Assembly (NCBI RefSeq): GCF_006345805.1
Contig: NW_021833569.1
Location: 1-28,539 of the forward strand
Length of the DNA: 28,539 nt
Reading direction: 5' to 3'
From: Octopus sinensis
Taxonomy: Eukaryota
The notes under the pieces are model-generated. The model made no database searches. It was given only the letters and a program-made list of their open reading frames with translations, and was not told where the DNA came from. Below, in pieces: positions 20,058 through 28,539 of the stretch. The translations under genes and the position numbers were made by a program. Every line of letters starts with the position of its first letter. The stretch's first letter is position 1.

Positions 20058-20183
20058 GTAATATTGATAATAATAATACTAACAACAGTAATGGTAATAA
20101 TAAAAATAATAATGGTGATAGTGATGTTGATAATAATAGTAATAATGATGATGATGATGAATGATGATAATGATCATAATATT

Positions 20184-20220
<37 letters not shown>

Positions 20221-20300
20221 GTAATAATAATAATAATAATAATGATAATAATAATAGTGATGATGATGATGAGGATGATGATGATGATGATGATGATAGT
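19795..20300. repeat. (AAT)n/(GAT)n/(AGT)n array
   Basis: Seen directly. It gives the poly-I/N ORFs. Confidence 0.97.
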
Positions 20301-20899
20301 AAAAGAAAATGAGAAAACCAGAAACAAGGAATAAAACACGCACACACACACAAACACACACACACACACATGCACACACACACACACATGCACACACACA
20401 CACAAAAAAAAGAGTTTAAAAAAGAAATATAAAGAAAAATGTGAGGGGGAAAAAAAATACGAATAAGAAATAGAACCAAAATAAAATATATATATATATA
20501 AAGATCTGCTACTGCAGTAACATCTGCATATGGTAATGATGCTTGAATTCCATGGGGCATGCATTGCTTGCTGCAACAGCGAGCTGTGCGCTACTGCAAC
20601 TTTCATCTTTACTTCGATATCATAAAACTTTTTTTTTCTTTTGACGCTCTCCTCCCGCTATCACTCCTTCTCTCACTCCTACCACTTGCTTTTGTTTGTT
20701 TGTTTGTTTGTTTGTGTCCATATATTTTTTTTTTACTTTATTCTTTCTTTTTTTGTTCTGTCTTTTCTTTATTAGTTTCTGTTCTTTCTTTTATTTCTAA
20801 CTCTTTTTTTTTCTTTGCCGTTTTGATTTTGGTTTTGTGGTGTCTTTTTTGGTTTGGTTTTTTTTTAGTGGGGTGGGGATGTCGTTATTTCTTACCTCT

Positions 20900-21460
20900 G
20901 TTCACACGTTCTGTCTTTGTGTATATATACATGTATGTGTGAGTGTATATATGTGTATATATATATGTATGTGTGAGTGTATATATGTATATATATATAT
21001 ATATATGTAAAAGTAAAAAAATATATGTTTGTGTGTGTGTGTATATATGTATATATATAAAACATATATATATATATATTATATATATATATATATAAAG
21101 ACAGACACTGAGAGAGAGAGAGAGGATGAGAGATATTAGATGAGATATATATATATATACATACATATATGTGTACATATGTATATATATCATCATCATC
21201 ATCATCATTGTCATTTACCATTCTTTTTCCTGAGGCACAGATTGAACAATATATATGCGTATAGACATATCTATATATAAATATATATGTGTTTCTGTCT
21301 GTGTTTGTGTGTGTGTATACATGTGTGCGTGTGTCTGTGTATATATATGTACATACATATGTGTGTATGTATATATATATATATTACATGATTTCATTCT
21401 CATAGTTCCTGCTTCCATTCATTCCTTTTCCATTTCTCTCTATTCATCTATCTAGCCATC

Positions 21461-21506
<46 letters not shown>

Positions 21507-21598
21507 TGTTGTATGTATGTATGTATGTATGTATGTATGTATGTATGTATCTATGTATCTACATTTATATATGTATCATTTATCTTACTATCTGTCTA

Positions 21599-21656
<58 letters not shown>

Positions 21657-22422
21657 CATACATATATATTTATATTTATATATGTATATATATATATATG
21701 AATGTCTCACTGTTTTTATTCTAGATATATATGTTCCTCCAACTCCCCAGGCATCCATCCACCCATCTCACATCCATCCAATCCACCCAGCTATCCATCA
21801 TTCTTTGTTTATTCTCTCCCACTCTCTTCTTCACCTTCTCTCTCTCTCTTCATCTCTCCACCCTCTCTTTATCTCTCTCTCTATCTCTCTTTCTCTCTCA
21901 CTCCCTCTCTCCCATACTTTGTACTGGTCAAATTTCCAAAATCTTGGCATCTTAGCAGGGCACAAAGAAAAGTAGCAAAACATGTCCAGCACTTAAAAAC
22001 CTACTAACAGCGCATACGAACGTACACACATACACACACACACATACACACACACACACACACTCATACGCGCATGCACACACACAAACACACACACACA
22101 CACCACACACACAAAGAACACACACACACCACACACACAACAAACAACACACCACACACAAACACACACACCACCACCAACACATACACACACTCACACA
22201 CCACACACACACATGTATGTATGTATATATATACATGTACATATATATATATATATAAATATATGTACTTATACATATATGTATATATATGTGTGTGTAT
22301 ATATATATTTGCATACACACACACACACAAGTAAACTCCTACAAGTAGCTAATGTATTGTCTTTCTATTGATTTCTTTTGCCAGTTTTGTCTGCTCCTAA
22401 ATACACACAAACATGCACACAT

Positions 22423-22455
<33 letters not shown>

Positions 22456-22480
22456 TGTTCACTTTTACTCGTACAAAAAC
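20900..22480. repeat. Mosaic (TA)n/(TG)n/(TATG)n/(TC)n/(CA)n
   Basis: Seen directly, with short unique spacers. Confidence 0.9.
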
Positions 22481-22629
22481 ATATGCACACGCACACACTT
22501 GCTCATGAGGAAACACTTTCCCTCACAAACATGCTAATATATACATACATATGCCTACCTGCATTGGAATTCGCATACAACGGTTTATGTAAAAATATGT
22601 TTTTCGTCATATACCTACCGTCTCCCCAT

Positions 22630-22668
22630 CAATCTGTCTGTCTGTCTGTGTATCTATCTGTTTGTCTG

Positions 22669-22699
<31 letters not shown>

Positions 22700-22773
22700 G
22701 TTTATCTATCTATCTATCTATCTATCTATCTGTCTATCTATCTATCTGTCTGTCTGTCTGTTTGTCTAACTAT

Positions 22774-22841
<68 letters not shown>

Positions 22842-23190
22842 TTTTTTTTATCTCTCACTCTCTCACTATCACTACCACATCAGAGAACACCGCTATCAAT
22901 CTTTCCACCACCTTCACCACCACCACCCCACCGCTGCCACCAACACCACTACCATCACCACCACCACCACCATCACCACCATCACCACCTACCCTCACCG
23001 CTAGGCTTGGCTAACCATCACTCTCTACTAATACAACCAACACCAACACCAACAACACCCGCAGCAACAACAACAATTATCACCGCCACCACCACCACCA
23101 CCACCACCATTAAGGTTATCCTCATCACAACTACCACCATCATCACCATCACCCCCCACCACCACCATCATCATCATCACTATGACTATA
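22630..23190. repeat. (TCTA)n followed by (CAC)n
   Basis: Seen directly. Confidence 0.95.
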
Positions 23191-23269
23191 TTTAGCCTGT
23201 GAACTTTGACTAAAAATACTTTGAGACCAACTCCTCTATCGATTAATATTTTGTTTCAAATGCAGTAAG

Positions 23270-24520
23270 GACCTTTTGCTACTTTCCCCACTGCTTTCCA
23301 TGTACAGCTACATGTGTGGTCTCTCCATGAATGCAATACTTATGTAACAACTGCTACATGTATGGTCAATACATAAGCCTCTGTGACTACATGCATAGTC
23401 CCCCCTCTCTCTCTCTCCCTTATGGCTCCATGGGCATCATTTCCATATGCATTGATGTGTCTTTAGCTACATGTGTAGTTTCTCTGTGAACACTACAATT
23501 ATGCATTTAGTGCTACATGTAAGGTCCTTTGATGTAATTATTGCTACATGTCACATTTCTCCATTTATCTACATTTTCATGAGTGGTCTTTACATGGTCT
23601 CAGTGCTGTTGGAACCAATGATTTCTACATGCAGACAATATTTATGTATTTACTACCACATGCATTGTCCTTCTGTCTATTCAATACTTGTGTCTATAGC
23701 TACATGTCTGGTCTCTCCAAGAACATAATACAATACTTATGTATCTACTGTTACATACATTCAATACTTATATCACTATAGCTACATGTGTTTTCTTTCC
23801 ATGAACACAATACTTATTTATCTAGTACTATATGTATGCCCACTGCTAAATGTATAGTCCTTTCATGTATTGACACATGTTTATGTCTATTACTACATGT
23901 GTGATTTCTCTATGTACCTACATTAGATTTGTGCTCTTCCTTTGTGCTCAGCATTGATTGTACCTCTTCAGCTAGATGCATGTTCCCTCCATGTACTCAT
24001 TATTTAAGTGCCTACTGCTACATGTGCATCCTTCCATGTATTCAATATCTATGTTTATAGTAAGACGTGTGGTTTCTTCATAAACACAGTGCTACATGTA
24101 TAGGCTTTCCGTGTAAAAAGTAAAAAACCCTTCAGTCACGAATGACCATGAGATTTTACCTAGAAAGTTCCCCTCCGAGGCACAAATCCAGGCAAGGTTG
24201 TTTATGCTTACCGGCCTCCCTTCTCCCTACCACCAATGTTATCCAAAGGAAAGGCAAAGGGGCCGATACAGCTTGGCAGCAGTGACATAAGTACCAGTTA
24301 TATACTGGAGTCTACAGCTGAGTGAACTATAGCAATGGACCATGTGCCTATATTAACATGTATGGTACTTCCATGTACACAACACTGTTTGTAACAGCTG
24401 CATTGGGTGATCTCTTCATGTATTTAATACCTGTGTCCATAGCTACATGTGTGCTCTCTTCATATACCTACATTTACATGTATAATCTTCCTCTATATTC
24501 ATTATTGACGTGTCTGTAGC
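23270..24520. repeat. Old degenerate minisatellite, about 45-bp monomer
   Basis: Recurring gctacatgt[gt][ga]gtc[ct]..tccatg.a..caatacttatgt..cta. It is interrupted by a SINE at 24114-24337. Confidence 0.75.
24114..24337 (-). mobile_element. 3' portion of a further SINE family
   Basis: Short A-rich terminal repeat (aaaaagtaaaaaa) adjoining cccttcagtcacgaatgaccatg...ggcaaaggggccgatacagcttgg...ctacagctgagtgaact. The family and strand come from a recalled consensus. Confidence 0.6.
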
Positions 24521-24544
24521 TTTCTTGAGGCATGGTAGTTAATA

Positions 24545-24770
24545 AAGAAAACTTTAGAATCATTAACATGCTGGACAAGACACTTAGCAGCATTTCTTCT
24601 GGGTTGTCATGGTTGGGTTGAAATTCTGTTTAGGTTGGCTTTGCCTTTAATCTTTTCGCAGTTGATGAAACAAATACCAGCTGAGCACTGGGATTGAGCT
24701 AATTGAAGAGCTGCCTCCTATGAAATTTCAGGCCTTGCACCTATAACAGAAAGGATTATAATATTATTAT
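24545..24770 (+). mobile_element. Degenerate Nin/Deu-domain-like SINE
   Basis: ctttgcctttaatcttttcgcagttgatgaaacaaataccag..actggg..aaatttcaggccttg..agaaaggatt(ATT)n. Confidence 0.7.
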
Positions 24771-24772
24771 TA

Positions 24773-24947
24773 TTCTGTTGTGTCTGGGGAGAGTCATTCT
24801 CTTTTAGTGTCTCATTATTTAACACACTCACCGGTAAAATTTCCACTTATTTTAGAAAAAAAAAAAAAGAAAGAAGTGGAAATTTTACCAGTGAGTGTTA
24901 CATTGTAAGGCACAAAAAGAGAATGACTCTTCCTAGACACAACAGAA
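24773..24947. mobile_element. Foldback MITE with about 75-bp arms and TA TSD (Tc1/mariner-like)
   Basis: Arm 24773-24848 is the approximate reverse complement of arm 24874-24947, around a 25-nt A-rich loop. TA flanks both ends (24771-72 and 24948-49). Confidence 0.85.
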
Positions 24948-25031
24948 TATGCTTCAACACACAAACTCATATAAAGAATCTTGCAAACCAAATCCAAAAA
25001 CGAAATTATTATTATTGTTATTATTATTATG

Positions 25032-25258
25032 TAAAGCAGTGAGCTGGCAGGATCATTAGTACACCAAGCAAAATGCTTAGTGGCATTTCATCCTCCAGCT
25101 TCATGTTCTAAGGTTGACTTTGCCTTTCGTCTTCTCAGGGTTGATGAAATAAGTACCAGTTATATACTGGAGTTGATGTAATCAACTATTCCTGCTCCAA
25201 AATTTCAAGCCTTCTGCTTATAGTAGAAAGGATTATTTTTATTATTATTATTTTATGT
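25032..25258 (+). mobile_element. Nin/Deu-domain-like SINE
   Basis: gagctggcaggatcattag head, then gactttgcctttc..ttgatgaaataagtaccagt..actggagttgatgtaatc, and an (ATT)n tail. Confidence 0.75.
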
Positions 25259-25419
25259 TTGACTTTTGCTTTGTATTTGTACAAGTTGGTTCCAAGTCTC
25301 ACCCAGAGACCTCAAGAGACAACAAATTAAAAGTTCATGTTGGTGTTATGCCTAGGGTGTCATGTATTTGGCTTTGCACATAGTATTGTTCTTGAGAATG
25401 TTTAAGAAAACGTAAGAAA

Positions 25420-25480
<61 letters not shown>

Positions 25481-25627
25481 GTTAAATCTTGCCAAGGTCA
25501 ACTTTGCCTTTCATCCTTTTGGTGTTGATAAAATAAAGTACTAGCTGGGTACTGGGGTCAGTGCAATTGACTCAACCTCTCCCCAAGAATTTCAGGCCTT
25601 GTGCCTATAGTGGAAAGGATTGTTATT
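25481..25627 (+). mobile_element. Nin/Deu-domain-like SINE, 5'-truncated
   Basis: aggtcaactttgcctttcatccttttggtgttgataaaataaagtac..actggggtc. Confidence 0.75.
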
Positions 25628-25773
25628 CCTTTTTCTTTCAATTTTGTTTCTATTTCTTGCCAAGTGTCTTCTTGACACCTAGGGCAAAGAAACTCACTGT
25701 ATACATTGACAGGCTATTAAAAGAAACACAAAATCAAATGAAGTCATGTGAAAGCAAAAGAAAAAAAATATGT

Positions 25774-26075
25774 GGTAAGCTGGCGGAATTGTTAGTGCAT
25801 CAGAATGAATACTTGGTGGTATTTCACCAAGATCTTTACATTCTGAGTTCAAATCAGACCAAGGCCAACTTTTCGCAATTGAAAAAATAAAGTACCAGTA
25901 AAGTACTGGAGCCAATGGTATCAACTTACCCTCTCCTCTAAATCTACTGACCATGTGCCAAAATTGAAACCATCATTGGCAGAATCTTCACTTGTTGTAG
26001 CTCTCTGTATTCTGAGTTCAAATCTTGCCAAAGTCAGTTTTGCCTGTTGCATTCCTTTGTCATCACTTTGGTGAG
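25774..26075 (+). mobile_element. Two tandem degenerate Nin-like SINE copies
   Basis: B-box-like ttctgagttcaaatc at about 25841 and again at about 26011, with aagtaccagt..actgg in the first copy. Confidence 0.65.
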
Positions 26076-26099
26076 GGCAACATCTCGAGATTGATCAAT

Positions 26100-26278
26100 C
26101 CATCCAACTATCTATCTATGCCTCCACCTATCTATCTATCTGTCTGTCTGTCTATCTGTTTGTCTATTTGTCTATCTATCTGTCTATCCATCCATGTATC
26201 CATCCACCAGGCTATCGATTTATCTATCTATTTATCTGTCTGTATATCTATCTATCTATCTATCTGTTTATCTGTCTG

Positions 26279-26314
<36 letters not shown>

Positions 26315-26540
26315 CCTAACTATCTATCTATCTATCTATCTATCTTTCTATCTATCTATCCATCTATCTATATAACTATCTATCTATCTGTCTGTCTGTC
26401 TATCTATCTGCCTACCTACCTTCCTACATCCCTATCTATCTTTCTATCTATCTATCTACCTCTCTCTCTCTACCTTCCTACCTACCTCTCTATCTATCTA
26501 TTTATCTATCTATCTATCTCTGTCTGTCAGTCTAACTCTG

Positions 26541-26573
<33 letters not shown>

Positions 26574-26750
26574 CTATCTATCTATCTACCTATCTGCCTG
26601 TCTGTCTATCTACCTATCTATCTGTCTGTCTATTTATCTATCTATCTATCTATCTACCTGTCAGTATGTCTGTTTATCCCTCTTTCTGTTTGCCTGTCTA
26701 TCCATGTCTTTTCATCTGTCCATTAAAATTTTAATCCATTTGCCTTTATC
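26100..26750. repeat. (TCTA)n/(TCTG)n/(CCTA)n array
   Basis: Seen directly. Confidence 0.97.
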
Positions 26751-27239
26751 TGTACACAACTCTCTTTTTCTATCCGTCTATCAATCAGTCCTTTTCTCTC
26801 ACATTATTCTCTCTCTCTCTCTCTCTCCCTTCCTTATTCTTTTACCCATCCTGTCACCCTCTCCATTCACACAAACAGTTGCCTCTCCTTTTGCATCCAA
26901 TTCTCCCCTGATTGAATTAAATATTCCATCGCATTTTTTAAAATTAAATTCCATTTACCTTCTCTGCAGTTTGTCTGACATAATATTCCAGCAGCATTCA
27001 AAGACATTCTAAAAGAAGGTGCCATTATTTCTATTTCTATTTTGTTTTATTATTTTCTGTCACATTCTTGGAACAATAACACTGTTTGTTACAGTTTTCC
27101 AATGGGCCAACTGCTGCTTCATTGCAATTCTGATAGAAAGAGTGACAAGGGAGTTTCTGTCTAACTTGGGTGGAACAAATATCATGCAAGGAAATTTCAT
27201 GTAATGCTGCTCAGGTTTATTAGTTTTCTCACTGAAGTG

Positions 27240-27412
27240 TAGCACGTAAAAAGCACCCACTACACTCTCAGAGTGGTTGGCATCCTACTGTAGAAACACT
27301 GCCAGATCAGATTGGAGCCTGGTGCAGCTGCTGGCTCTCCAGTCCTCATTCAAACCGTCCAACCCATGGGGTTGGGAAGCAAGCTTCTTACCCCACAGCC
27401 ATGCCTACACCT
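27240..27412. mobile_element. Chimeric fragment: RTE-type tail (+) fused to inverted SINE head (-)
   Basis: The plus tail runs to ccgtccaacccatg and is followed directly by gggttgggaagcaagcttcttaccccacagccatgcc, the reverse complement of the SINE head. Confidence 0.8.
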
Positions 27413-27504
27413 ATATACTTCAACATGCTCACACACACAAACACTCACACACACACACATATGTATGTACATATTGTATCTATGTGTGTGTGTCTGTGTC
27501 TGTT

Positions 27505-27738
27505 TGTCTGGACATTGCATGCTAGCTGTAAACGAGTGTCCCTGTCATACAAGTGGTGTTATTTGTTTCCAGTCTGTTCTGAAAACCTGTCCATGCTAGG
27601 GACTAGTGATAGAAGAAATAGTACATTGCTTAGAATCAGATGAGGGTAGAAAACCTGCATCTATAAATTTCATTTGATCCATGCAAACATGGTGAAGTGG
27701 ATGTTAAAAGGATGTTGATGTTGATGATGATAATGATG
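27505..27738 (+). mobile_element. 3' part of RTE-tailed SINE (same variant as 4395-4615)
   Basis: taaacgagtgtccctgtcatacaagtggtgtt...gatccatgcaaacatgg..gatgttaaaa(GAT)n. Confidence 0.72.
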
Positions 27739-27895
27739 CGTTTCAACTGAGGAAAAGAGGAAGGCTTTATGTGTGTGGGTATATTATAGGTAGAATAAAC
27801 ATATTCATATATATATATAAATGAATGTATGTATGTATCTATCTACCTCTCTATCTTTTTATCTATCTATCTATCTATCTACTTCTACTTATATA

Positions 27896-28273
27896 CACTT
27901 GCGTCAGAAAAATTAGCACTTCTCAAATTTCTACATTAATAGGTTAAATCAATTAACCTATGAGCTGTTCAAAAAACGTCTTACGCGATGAGAAAACTTA
28001 GTATGGTGTGTGTTTCGGTCCTTGCGAGGCGCTACCTATATCTATTAAAGAAGGAAGTTTGTCTGCATCTGCACTCCAAGTTGTTGTTGCACTGCTATGT
28101 CAACATCATAAGCTGTAGGACTCTCAAACTGCCTCTGCAAACAAAGTTACGTCATCGTTCTGCGCAACAGTGAACTCGCAACAAAGCAATAGTTCGAGAT
28201 ATGGCACTAGGTGACAGCACATACCTTGAGTGAAGAGCAAATCAAGGGTGCTAATTAATTTCTGACGGTAGTG
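27896..28273. mobile_element. Internally deleted Tc1/mariner DNA transposon (MITE)
   Basis: The left TIR cacttgcgtcagaaaaattagcac compares with the right TIR reverse complement cactaccgtcagaaattaattagcac (22/24 plus a 2-nt indel). TA TSDs are at 27894-95 and 28274-75. Confidence 0.85.
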
Positions 28274-28451
28274 TACATATATATATATGTGTGTGTGTGT
28301 GTAATATATATATGTATATATATATATTTATATATAAAATACACACACACATACATGCAATATATACATACATACATATATATGTATATATATATAGGCA
28401 TGTATATATGTAATAATGTACCAGTCTCTGTGTGTAGTGATATATATGGGC

Positions 28452-28513
28452 CAGTCAAATCGCCCAACCCATACCAGCATGGAAAGCAGACGTTAAATGA
28501 TGATGATGATGAT
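28452..28513 (+). mobile_element. RTE-type 3' tail fragment
   Basis: gtcaaatcgcccaacccataccagcatggaaagcagacgttaaat(GAT)n. Confidence 0.8.
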
Positions 28514-28539
28514 ACACACACACATGAATATGTAAATAT

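Noticed and set aside
19675-20606. Poly-I/N/Y ORFs
   Set aside because: (AAT)n artefacts.
25561-25890. 109-aa ORF
   Set aside because: It spans two SINE fragments and is a chance open frame.

Overview
This is eukaryotic, repeat-saturated DNA, most likely intronic or intergenic sequence from an octopod cephalopod. That assignment is inferred from the tRNA-derived SINE families and the very dense microsatellites. No host CDS, rRNA, true tRNA or CRISPR array can be supported, and almost all long ORFs in the track are microsatellite translations. The real protein-coding signal comes from decayed retroelements: two tandem minus-strand Penelope-like element (PLE) fragments with GIY-YIG endonuclease remnants (about 10730-12770), a CR1-type LINE 3' end (17815-18176) and an RTE LINE 3' end (13923-14325). 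The most interesting signals are two minimal type I hammerhead ribozyme motifs, one in a PLE 3' region (10778-10864, minus) and one in a roughly 180-bp element embedded in (TA)n (17361-17397, plus). Also present are more than 20 SINE copies or fragments from several families, three MITE-like elements with recognisable ends (one hAT-like, two Tc1/mariner-like), a piggyBac-like tandem array, two minisatellites, inverted SINE pairs and an apparent 25-nt templated insertion. All alignments were done by eye and family names come from recalled consensus motifs, not database searches.
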